Shown in pieces: positions 13,205 to 23,161 of a stretch of DNA of 64,000 bases. The stretch lies in NCBI GenBank assembly GCA_949285105.1, contig CASDXH010000001.1:14180-78179 (forward strand). The letters run 5' to 3'. Made by a program: the position numbers and the translations under genes. Origin of the DNA: an uncultured Mycoplasma sp. GTDB lineage: Bacteria > Bacillota_I > Bacilli_A > Mycoplasmatales > Mycoplasmoidaceae. Position 1 is the stretch's first letter. Every line of letters begins with the position of its first letter. The notes under the pieces are model-generated. The model had not been told where the DNA came from. It worked only from the letters and a program-made list of their open reading frames with translations, and did no database searches.

Positions 13205-14092
13205 CTAAATAAAATCGTTAATAATACTACTTACAAAAATTCATAACATGATAATTACACCAATAATAGTTATTGCATTTTCAACTCTAGGGTTTATTTT
13301 AAAGTTAAATCATTTTTGTGAAGTCTCAATTGCTATCTTATATCCATCTAATGGAGGAATAGGAATCAAGTTAAAAAAGAAAAGCATGAAATTAAATATG
13401 TACATGTAGACAAAGAAAGTTTTGGTAAAATCAATATTCTTAATTACATCTGATGGAGTTTGAATAATATCACCAAATGAAGTACCAGCCCCACTATTTA
13501 TAAAGAACATATTTTTAAAAATAATTTCAAAAGATTGTCCAATTTGCATAAAAGGATTTATTTTTAGATCAAGGGCAAAAAAAGCAATTAATCAGAAAAA
13601 TACCGCAAGTAAAATGTTAACAAAGACTCCACCAAAGAAGATAATATTTTTCTGTCACAATTTACAATCATCAATTAAAAGTTTAGATTCTTCTCTTTTA
13701 GAAAGTCTTTCATATTTATCATGTGATTTCAAAAAGCAAAATCTTCTAAATTTATATTTAAATGAATTCTCCTCTGATTCATAACCACCAAAGTAATGGT
13801 TCTTATATCCAAGTTCCAAACTATCATTGTATATTTCAGTATAAACATTAATAAGTTTATTACTATCTATTAAAACATAAGCCATTAACAAAAACGGCTT
13901 AATGCTAACAATCATTCCGCTCCTTGTTCTAAAAGAGAAAATCTTTGGACCTATACCAATAGAAAATTCTTTAACATTAACTTTAAATAACTTAGCAAAT
14001 AAAAAGTGACCTAGTTCATGTAAAGTCATACCTACAAGGATGGAAACAAGCACTAAAAGTATTAAGATTATCTTCTCTCATACAACACTCAT
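13205..14092 (-). CDS. RseP/RasP-like site-2 (M50) zinc metalloprotease, short form without an obvious PDZ domain
   Basis: ATG at 14092 gives [33 protein letters not shown] (HExxH). Downstream [10 protein letters not shown] motif. The frame is open through TGA codons to TAG at 13205-13207 (checked). 295 aa. Confidence 0.8.
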
Positions 14093-14094
14093 GC

Positions 14095-15204
14095 TTACCC
14101 CCTATTATATTTATTATATACATAAGTTGAAATTAAACTATGTAATCTATAGATATCTGTAACACCAACAATTTTTTCATTTAAAAATGTTGATATACAT
14201 TCTTCAATGATGCTTATAATTTGTGTGTATTTAATTTTTTTATTTTTAAACAATTCAACACAAGCATCATTGGCGCTTATCAAAATAAGTGGTAAAGTTC
14301 TTGAGTCTGAATTCAAGCAATCATATGCTCACTTAATTGGTTTTCATTTTGCAACATTAATTGTATCAAAATCTAAACTTAAATTAGAAAAGTTAATGGG
14401 TTTAATTATTTTTTTATTATCACTATTAAATTTATTTATTGCTAATGATATAGCAAGTTTCATATCAGGATTAGATAAATGTGCAAAAACACTATTGTCA
14501 CCAAACTCAATCATAGAGTGAACTATAGCTTGAGGATGATATACTGCTTCAATGTTATAAGTATTAAAAAGATATCTTGCCTCAATGATTTCAAAACACT
14601 TATTCATAAGTGTTGAAGAGTCAATAGATATTTTATATCCCATATTTCACTTAGGGTGTTTTACGGCTTGATCAAAAGAAATATTATCAAGTTCATCTTG
14701 GTTATTTATTTTATAAAATGGACCACCAGAAGCTGTAATTAAAATTTTACTTACAGGTTTATTACTATTTTTTAAAAGATCATAAATTGCTGAATGTTCT
14801 GAATCTATAGGATAAACGTTTATCTTATATTCTTTAATTAGTTTACTTATTAATCATCCAGCAGCAACAAATGATTCTTTGTTAGCATTAGCCAAATCTA
14901 TTTTATTTTTTAAAGCAAGCAATGTTATTGATAATCCACTAAATCCAGAAACTGCATTAATAATTAGATCAGGTTGTGTTTTTAAAATCATATCTTGGAT
15001 AGAATCACAATTATTTAATGAACTATTGTTTGGAGAATAAACAAACAAATCTTTATATATACTTAATTCATCATTTAATAAAGCATTCATCTTTTCAATA
15101 TTCTTATTAAAAACAACACCCACTATTTTGTGACTTGTCTTACGAATTACATCAATAGATTGTAGTCCAATTGAACCTGTCACACCACATATCAAAATCT
15201 TCAT
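14095..15204 (-). CDS. dxr: 1-deoxy-D-xylulose 5-phosphate reductoisomerase
   Basis: Fragments 14854-15204, 14344-14643 and 14095-14316 are in frame. N-terminal [16 protein letters not shown] (NADPH site), then [32 protein letters not shown]. 369 aa. Confidence 0.85.
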
Positions 15205-16109
15205 TAGTTAGCCTTTTGAATAATCACAATTTTATTGTCTTTACTTATACCAAGATAAATATTGTCTTCTAATCTAAAGTGTTTTTCATCAATCTTATTT
15301 TTATTAATGTATTGGATAATAGAGTGTATTTTGTTTGCACTTATATTTTTAAAATTATAGAAACTTAAAAAACTATATACCAAGTGGTATTGGTAATCAT
15401 TGTTTAATGTAATAAAAAACTTAGCATCAAATTTAACATTCTTTCAGTTTTCAAATAGAGTTTCTACTTCTAAATATTTTCCTCTATTTGAACTATTATA
15501 TTGAGAAACTCAATTAGCAAATTTATTAATCTCATATCTGTTCATATTGTTAATAACTTTTCTAACAATGTTTCTTTGATACATATCACTATGATTTGTT
15601 CAATCATCAGCATAATCTATAAAATGTTTTTCACAATAACTTTTAAGTGTTGATTTACTATAATATAGCAATGGTCTTCAAATTCTTAAATCATTATATT
15701 TACCATGCTCTTTAATACCGTAAAATAATGAGGTTGAGTTCTTTTGTTTTTGCATATATGCTGTTTCTAAAAAGTCATTGAAGTTGTGTCCAACCATAAT
15801 TGTTTTAATGTTTGTTTTGTTTGCAACATCACAAAAAAATTCATATCTTAGAATTCTATATTTCGCTTGTGGATTTTTTATTTTTATATCGTTATACATT
15901 TCTTTTTTAACATCTAAAACATATAAAAGAATATTATTATCTTCACAATATTTTCTTACTATTTGTTCATCAATGTGTGTGTCATTACGATCATGATAGT
16001 TAACATGGCATACTGCATATATTTCATTTTTGTATATATCAAGCATTGCCATAGAATCTGGTCCACCAGAAACTGCTGCCAAGTATTTTTTGGTTTTGTT
16101 TTGTTCCAT
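15204..16109 (-). CDS. tilS: tRNA(Ile)-lysidine synthase
   Basis: PP-loop AAVSGGPDSMAML. The frame was checked codon by codon from 15678 to TAA at 15204-15206, with only TGA interruptions. Its stop overlaps the dxr ATG (TAATG). 301 aa. Confidence 0.85.
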
Positions 16110-16111
16110 AA

Positions 16112-16681
16112 TTAGCCACCATTAAATTTATTCATAGCCTGTGTAAAATCATTTTCTAAATAAAATAAAATTGCTTCTGATACCTTATTAATAACAGTAT
16201 CAATTTTTGGTTTATCTTCACTTTTAAATTTAGATAATACATAACCACTAACTGATATATTTTTGCCAGGTCTTGAAATCCCAATTTTAATTCTTTTAAT
16301 CTCTTCTGTTTTAAGTAAATTAATAATGTTTTTAATTCCGTTCTGTCCCCCAGAACTTCCCTTAGTTTTTAACTTCAATTTACCTATCTCACTATCAAGG
16401 TCATCATATACAACTAGGATGTTTCTAATTGGTATTTTATAAAAATTTATGAACTTGCTTACAAACTCTCCTGATAGATTCATAAATGTTTGTGGTTTTG
16501 AAATATAAACCTCTTTATTATACAAATTTACTTTAGTATAAAGACCATTAAATTTGTTTGATAATAAAGAAACATTTATTTTATTACAAAGGGAATCAAT
16601 GGCATTAAAACCGACGTTATGTTTTGTGTTCTCATATTGAAAACCAGGGTTACCAAGTCCAACAATTAAATATTTATCCAT
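16112..16681 (-). CDS. pth: peptidyl-tRNA hydrolase
   Basis: Intact 189-aa ORF, MDKYLIVGLGNPGFQYENTKHNVGF. Confidence 0.95.
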   Translation of the reverse strand: MDKYLIVGLGNPGFQYENTKHNVGFNAIDSLCNKINVSLLSNKFNGLYTKVNLYNKEVYISKPQTFMNLSGEFVSKFINFYKIPIRNILVVYDDLDSEIGKLKLKTKGSSGGQNGIKNIINLLKTEEIKRIKIGISRPGKNISVSGYVLSKFKSEDKPKIDTVINKVSEAILFYLENDFTQAMNKFNGG

Positions 16682-17142
16682 TATCTAATACCTAACATTT
16701 TAGAAGCCAATAAGAAAAGAAGTTGTGACTTATAAACAGAGACTGGTAGCCCACGATTATTTTTTATATTGATATCATATTCTTTTAAAAGGTTAGATAA
16801 CTTAGTTGATTTATGGCCTCTAATTTTTGCTTCATTTGATAAATCAATTATCTTATTATCAAAAGTTTCTTTGAATTTTTTTTCATAGATATGTTGTAGA
16901 ATTTGTAGATCTATATTGTCATCATTTTTTAAAATAATAGTTTTATCTTTAAATACTTTTCTCAGATCATTAAAAGCATCAACTACATCAACAGCATCTC
17001 AAGATTGTTTAATGCCATTTTTAATAAATCTAGTCATATATTTAAAAGATCCATTATGAACGAAAACAATAGATACTTGTTGTATCTCCACCTTATTTCT
17101 TAAAACTGTTTTTAAAATAAACATAGCCACGTAGTCTTTCAT
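16681..17142 (-). CDS. hypothetical protein (153 aa), absent from the ORF track
   Basis: ATG at 17142 after AGGAG. One TGA (16999-17001). All codons down to TAA at 16681-16683 checked. The stop overlaps the pth ATG (TAATG). MKDYVAMFILKTVLRNKVEIQQVSIVFVHNGSFKYMTRFIKNGIKQSWDAV... No motif I recognise. Confidence 0.6.
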
Positions 17143-17199
17143 TGTTACAGTCTCCTAATGTACTAATATAGATTTTAAAATAAAATAATTTATATACTG

Positions 17200-17348
17200 T
17201 AAAAAACACAAATTCTCTAATCAAGCTCCGTTTCTGTAATCCTATCAAAATATAAGAGTTATCATAACATTTGATCAGTTGTCAATCAATCAATTATATT
17301 TTTCAATTCAAACTTCTCGTATGCCTTTTTGAGAATTTGTGTTTTTTA
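17200..17348. repeat. 18-bp perfect inverted repeat enclosing 113 nt in a non-coding gap
   Basis: taaaaaacacaaattctc (17200-17217) is the exact reverse complement of gagaatttgtgtttttta (17331-17348). Confidence 0.8.
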
Positions 17349-17723
17349 AAGTTTACAAATTTGCGAAATTTTGGGTAGCTAATCCAAAAATATTTATTTA
17401 GCGCTTATAGCATGCTAACTAGAACATTCAGTGGGAATGACCCACTAAATTTTATTTCTAATTATAATTATAATCTTGGCCATGGGTTACTAATTTTTAA
17501 GAAACTAGGTCATCGAGTACAAAGTTCTTAAAAGTCAATAACCCATATAAATTATAGTATAAAATTTTTTAAAATGCAAACTTGGTTAAAAATAAATCAC
17601 TAAATTTTGCAAACTATCCAAACACGTAAAATATTTAGTAAAACCAATTCCATTATCTATAAAAAATATTTTTATATAGAGAGAATCTACATAAAAATAC
17701 AAATTGTTTTTTAAAATAATTTA

Positions 17724-19344
17724 TTATGCTTTAATCCCGTTTTTAAATATATTAGTTCTTAATCCATTTGGATATAAAACATTTAATTGTGATTTATAAT
17801 ATCTTTTTTGGTTTGAATGCCCACCATTAATTAAGCCATATGGTTGAAGATTATAAGAACCATAAGAATCATTATAGTTATAACCTTTGCTCATTAATGC
17901 AAAGTTGATTCCAACATGAGCTGTAAAATCACTTGCAAAATGAATTCCATATATGTTGTTATCTTGGTCTACAAATATACTTACAGACAAACCAACGGCC
18001 ATATCCCCATTTTGATCTGTATTACCAAGTCCTGATAAATATATGGAATTATACCACCAGAAGAAACAGTGTTTGATATTGGATTAAGTTTATAACCAAA
18101 ATCAGCTAAACCAATAAAAAAACAAAAAATACCAGGAGTATCTTTAAAAGTGTTATAGTGTGTTTCTTTCACTAGTTTTGAATCGTCAGATTTTTTATCA
18201 TTTGATAATGTTGAATGTCTATTTATAAATAAAGCAAGATCACTTGTTGTTCTACTTCCACCAATTGCCTTTTCTTGAGGGAAACCTAAATCATAAAAAT
18301 CTTTCTTTCTACTTTTTGAATAATTGATTAAAGATTTTTGTGCTGGTTTAAATTTATCTTTTTCTTTTCAGTTGGCATAATTAGAACTAAATCTTTTGCC
18401 ATCTTTTGTGCTGTTCCATAACCTCCATATGATGTATCATTCACCTTATTGAAGTCTATTTCATAAACACTAAAGTCAGTCATTTCTTCAACGTGATAAA
18501 ACTTAACATCGTTTGGAACATTTACGGGTTTGGGCACATTCTTAATGAAGTCAGATGGTTTTGAATATAAGTAATCAAAACCCAAAAATACTGGCCTTAC
18601 AACTGAACATCCAATGGTTTATAGTCCCTATCAGTCATTGCTAAATCAAATGATTCACATGATGGATTGTTGGCAAAATTTTTAGCATAGTTACCATTGC
18701 CATTACCAATTTCTAGATGTTTAATTCTTGTTAAAATAACATTACTAGTTGAAAAACTTGGTATCTTTGAAGTATTTGCTTCCTCATAAAAGTTGTAGGA
18801 GTTTTTAGATCGTCTATAACATGGGTATTAGTTGCCATATATCACTTAGTTGGATAATTATCATCAGTATAAGAATTACCTTCATCTTTTTGTTGGATTC
18901 CTTGAAAAATTTCATAATCTAAAATTCAAGTAATTTCAGGATATGGTGTACCACCTATAGCAAAGTTAATTGAATATAAAATTTGGCAAATCTTTTATAC
19001 TGCTCATTTATGATATCACTACAAAGAGGTTTTGCATTTAAACAACCGCCATTAGAGTCTGTATTATAAATGCCATCAGCACCTCCGTCTTGCACTATGC
19101 TTAATTTATTATTTGAATCTAAAGTTGAAAACTTATTGTGCTGTTTCCAACATTTATTCATGTTTCATAATTATAAATATTTTCAATGTTTCCACCACTT
19201 TGAAGATTTATAACATTTCCAAAATTGTTCTGTTTATTACTAAAGGTAACAGCTACATAATCAGCAATCCTTGCAGCACCTGCAGGAACAGAGCTAATAA
19301 TGAAATTAAAACCAAACCGCCTGTTTTTTTAATCTTTATCACAT
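17724..19344 (-). pseudogene. frameshifted DUF31-type (trypsin-like) secreted peptidase/lipoprotein pseudogene
   Basis: Signal-peptide-like start VIKIKKTGGLVLISLL, then a frame change to SSVPAGAARIADY. Fragments lie in all three minus-strand frames (17724-18002, 17981-18172, 18328-18585, 18955-19161). WYMATNTHVIDD (His-motif-like) lies near 18817-18843 and TVSSGG (Ser-motif-like) near 18050. There is a frame switch at the ccc run at 18899-18901 and several in-frame TAA/TAG. Confidence 0.7.
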
Positions 19345-19503
19345 AGACCTTTCTTTGTTTATAAATAAAATTTTTAAAAAATAAATGGTAATGGTTGACT
19401 TTAAATTAATCAAAAGGTATAAAGAACCATTCATGAAAAAACCTCACAATATTATAGAAATTACAAAATTATTAATATATAAAAAATTGTAATAAATAAA
19501 AAA

Positions 19504-19532
19504 ATCGAAAATAACTTTTTGTTATTTTCGAT
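19504..19532 (-). terminator. rho-independent terminator after the SSB-like gene
   Basis: 12-bp stem atcgaaaataac/gttattttcgat with a 5-nt loop and a T-run downstream on the minus strand. Confidence 0.6.
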
Positions 19533-19566
19533 AGGAAAAACAAAATAAGTAAAAAGATTTATTTTT

Positions 19567-19839
19567 TTAAAAGACTTGTATTTTTTCTGCAATAACTCTT
19601 AAAGTGTTGCCCTCTTGCGGTCTTACTCTTCCTTTTAATCCGATAAGAGTTCCACTTTCTATTAATTTCAAATCTGTCTTAAACATTGAATTGTTAAGTT
19701 CAATGTCAAAGTTGTCATAGTAGTCATCTAAACCATTTCTATTTTCAAAGAAAGGTTTTTCAACTTTTAGTTTTATATTAGTAATAGCTTTATCTGTTTT
19801 TATAGCTTCTACTATGCCAATCATAGCGACTAAGTTCAT
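19567..19839 (-). CDS. short OB-fold single-stranded-DNA-binding-like protein (no acidic C-terminal tail)
   Basis: I place the start at MNLVAMIGIVEAI..., directly after AGGAGG; the longer track ORF start has no RBS. MNxVxxIG ... LIGLKGRVRPQ ... VIAEKIQVF resembles the SSB OB core. 90 aa. Confidence 0.5.
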   Translation of the reverse strand: MNLVAMIGIVEAIKTDKAITNIKLKVEKPFFENRNGLDDYYDNFDIELNNSMFKTDLKLIESGTLIGLKGRVRPQEGNTLRVIAEKIQVF

Positions 19840-19958
19840 TCTATTCTTACCTCCTTTCCAAAATAAATTGTAGACAAAAAACAAATAGTGGGTACGGGTA
19901 AAAAACTATCAAATTTTTCTAAAAATTTTCTTAAAAAATTACAAAGAAAAAACAACAC

Positions 19959-20300
19959 CTATTGATCAGTGTTGTTCTCATAAATTGCAAAAGCTATTGC
20001 ATATTCTCTTTCATGAGAAATAGAAATACTTACATTATTTATATTTGTACAAATTGGTTTTCCATTCTTATTATTAAGTACTTCAATGTCCTTAACAAGG
20101 ATTTTAATATTGTTACTTATAGCTTTAAATATTGCTTCTTTAGCTGCTCATCTTCCAGCAAGGTAAAATGGTTTATATGAATTTTCTTTTTTTAAATATT
20201 CTTTAAATTCTTTATCAGTTAAAAAATATTTTGCTTTAGTATCATCATATGAATTAAATCTACTATTTAAAACTATGTCAACACCACAACTATATTTCAT
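19959..20300 (-). CDS. acpS: holo-[acyl-carrier-protein] synthase
   Basis: Absent from the track (one TGA). MKYSCGVDIVLNSRF...LAGRWAAKEAIFKA...ISISHEREYAIAFAI. The ATG overlaps the upstream stop (TAATG). 113 aa. Confidence 0.8.
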
Positions 20301-20647
20301 TATTGTTTTTTAGATTTTTTTAAAAAATCTATATCCTGCATTATTGCTGAAATATCTTTAATCATTTTTTGATTTTCATACCCATCATTAACATAACTTT
20401 GAATTTCGTGATTTAATAATTTAATTCTTTCTTGATTTGAAGAGATTTGTTTTTTTAGTTCATTTATCTCAGCAGTTTTTTCATTTATCTTTTTATTAAG
20501 ATCATTATTATCTTGATATATTTGGATAATAAATGTACATATTCTGTCAAAGAACATATCAACTTCTAATGGGTCATAACCTGAGGTTAAGTTTTTAGAA
20601 AACTTTTTGTTTAATATTTGATCTAAAACTTTTGTATATTTATTCAT
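20300..20647 (-). CDS. DivIVA-domain protein (GpsB/DivIVA-like)
   Basis: Intact 115-aa ORF. N-terminal KFSKNLTSGYDPLEVDMFFD (DivIVA N-domain signature) followed by a coiled-coil-like segment. Confidence 0.75.
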   Translation of the reverse strand: MNKYTKVLDQILNKKFSKNLTSGYDPLEVDMFFDRICTFIIQIYQDNNDLNKKINEKTAEINELKKQISSNQERIKLLNHEIQSYVNDGYENQKMIKDISAIMQDIDFLKKSKKQ

Positions 20648-20709
20648 ATAACACTCTTCATAACTTTATAATATTATATATTAATTTAATACAAAGTTGG
20701 TTTGATAAT

Positions 20710-21585
20710 ATGGAAAAAACTTACACGAAAAACGGAACAAAAAAAGATATTGAGTTAATAAAAAAATATCTAAAAGATTATCAAATTCCTATATCCTCTC
20801 CTCCTATTGATAGTGTTTTTAAAACAAAAAATTATAGAATCACAATATACAAAAATGATAAGATTATGATTCAAGGAAAAAACTATCACAACATTTTAAA
20901 AATGATAGATCCTATAAAAGTAAAGAGGTTATTCCCAACAAATGAAGAGCCAACTGATAACCCACTATTAATAGGTTCAGATGAAGTTGGTACTGGTGAT
21001 ACCTTTGGGGGTATAGTGGTAGCAGCAGTATACCCACTAGGTTATGAGCTACTAAAAGATATGAGTATTACAGACTCAAAAGTATATTCAAATGAACAAA
21101 TCATTAACTTATTTAACAAAATAAAAAATCATATTGCTTATGAAGTATATGAACTTCTTCCAAGTGAATATAATGATTTGTATGAAGTTTATGATAATTT
21201 AAACATCATTAAAACAATTGGTCACAATAAGTCACATAAGGGTTTAATATCTAAAATTTATAATTTTAACAAAAAGTATTCAAACATCATTATTGATGAA
21301 TTTACCCCGATTCATAAATACAAATGATATCTTAAAAAGGTTGGCATTTCTCCAATAGAAAAAGAGATAACAGTTAAAAAAGCAGAATCAAAATATTTGT
21401 CTGTTGCCTTAGCTTCAATTGTTGCTAGATATTATTTCATAAACCAGATTAAATCCTTATCTGAAAAATTCAATACGAAGATTCCTTTTGGATCAACAAC
21501 ACATGTTATTCAAGAAGCATTGGAGAAAGCAAAAAAAACAGATTTAAGACAGATGTGCAAAATGCATTTCAAATCTGTTAAATAA
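20710..21585 (+). CDS. rnhC: ribonuclease HIII
   Basis: ATG at 20710 (MEKTYTKNG...). GSDEVGTGDTFGG active-site block. One TGA at 21325 joins fragment 21397-21585 in frame. 291 aa. Confidence 0.85.
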
Positions 21586-21604
21586 ATCCATTTTTTTTAA
21601 TTTT

Positions 21605-22642
21605 TTATCCTTGAGATGTTTGATCTATTCCTTTAAAGAAACCTAACATATTAATGTTTAAAGGAAGTGAAATAGTTGCTTGGTTTGTATTATTTTTATA
21701 AGCATTTCTATACTGAGTTACTTGAGTCGTATTGGTTGGGTTTAAATTTGAATTGTTATAGTTGTAAGTAACATTATAGATAATTTTTCCCTCTTGAGAG
21801 TTATCTTTATCAAGACTGTAGTTTGAAACCATAGGACTATTAGCAATACCTTTTTCAGTTATTGAATAAGCATCCAAGTATTTTTTTTGTTCTGTGTCTT
21901 CTTTTGTTTCAGCATCCAGTTTAGCTGGATTTGTGTTTAATGTAACAAAAGAACCAGTTTGATTATAGGTTCAAGAATATATACTTGTTAAACCATTATT
22001 TGAAGGTGTTTTAACATCAAGGTTAGTAATTTTCTTTCCAGTAGAACCACCTTGCGTTGTTACATTGTAGTCCAAAGTGTAGTTGCCATATTTTGCAGTT
22101 GATTGTGTATCATTTCCAGTAAAACTAGTACTTGTAGTAACTCCTCTTGCATTTACATTTTGCATAGAGATATCACCATTCGTTCCAAATGTTACATGAC
22201 TACTTGAAATTGAACCACCATTATATCTATCACTTAAAAATACATCTGCATTATAGTTTGTTGAAGTAATGTTGTACCGAATTTTTGCAATTAGATTATA
22301 TTGGTTATCTTTTGTTTCAAGTTCTGTAAGTGTTTTCATATTTGCAGATTTATAGTTGTAATAAGAAACTGTAAAGTTAGAAGCTGAAGTTTCTTGAACT
22401 ACAAGCTTTGAAGGCATGTTGTATTGAATTCATGTTTGAACTGACATTTCATCAATTTGAAAAGCACCATCACCATTTTGCCCAAGTGATGTAGTAGCAT
22501 TTGCAATTGAAGTTGCAAAAGCATCACCTCTAGGGTTTTTATTACCAGAATCTATAATAGCTCAAGATGCAACAGCAAAAACCCCTAAAGTTAAACAAGA
22601 AGCAGCAGAAACAAGTGCGATTTTCTTTCTCGAATTATACAT
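21605..22642 (-). CDS. secreted/membrane-anchored Asn/Thr/Tyr-rich surface protein
   Basis: ATG at 22642 gives MYNSRKKIALVSAASCLTLGVFAVASWAIIDSG (signal/anchor). It is in frame with fragments 21971-22417 and 21605-21877. 345 aa. No motif I recognise. Confidence 0.6.
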
Positions 22643-22757
22643 ATTTAAAAGCCTCCATAACTATATTAATTATATAAAAATTAGAATTCATAGTAAAGAG
22701 CGCAATAAAATTTAATGTTTAGAAACAGACAAATTGTAGTATAATAAACATTTATTT

Positions 22758-22786
22758 AAAAAACACAGCTTATTGCTGTGTTTTTT
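22758..22786 (-). terminator. bidirectional-type terminator after rplQ
   Basis: aaaaaacacagc / gctgtgtttttt 12-bp stem with a 5-nt loop, immediately downstream of the rplQ stop. Confidence 0.65.
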
Positions 22787-22793
22787 AAATATA

Positions 22794-23153
22794 CTACACT
22801 AATTGAATAATAGCCTCTTCAACATTGTCCCCACGTCTAGGGCCTAATTTTAAAACTCTTGTGTATCCACCATTTCTATCTTTATATTTTTTGCTTAATG
22901 TGTCAAATAGTTGTTTTAACAATTCATCTCTTGTAGCTTTTGTTGTATCTAATAAGATAGCAGCAGCTTGTCTTCTAGCAGCTAAAGTTCCTTTTTTAGA
23001 TAAAGTAATAATTTTATCTACATGTCTTCTTGTTTCTTTAGCTTTTGTTAAAGTTGTTTTAATTTGACCATATGCTAATACATCAGAGACTTGTTGACGA
23101 ATAACTCTAATTCTTCATGCAGTAGTTTTACCATCTTTGTTAATATATGACAT
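22794..23153 (-). CDS. rplQ: 50S ribosomal protein L17
   Basis: Absent from the track (TGA). MSYINKDGKTTAWRIRVIRQQVSDVLAYGQIKTTLTKAKETRRHVDKII...GGYTRVLKLGPRRGDN. 119 aa. Confidence 0.9.
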
Positions 23154-23161
23154 AACTACTC

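Noticed and set aside
17398-17450. tRNA-like or SRP-RNA-like element (gcgcttatagcatgctaac...cagtgggaatgacccact)
   Set aside because: There is no acceptor stem pairing. The putative T-loop is 5 nt with no TTCGA-type sequence. There is no GGAA-tetraloop or AGCA symmetric-loop signature of SRP RNA. Motifs for RNase P RNA (GAGGAAAGTCC) and the tmRNA 3' end are also absent.
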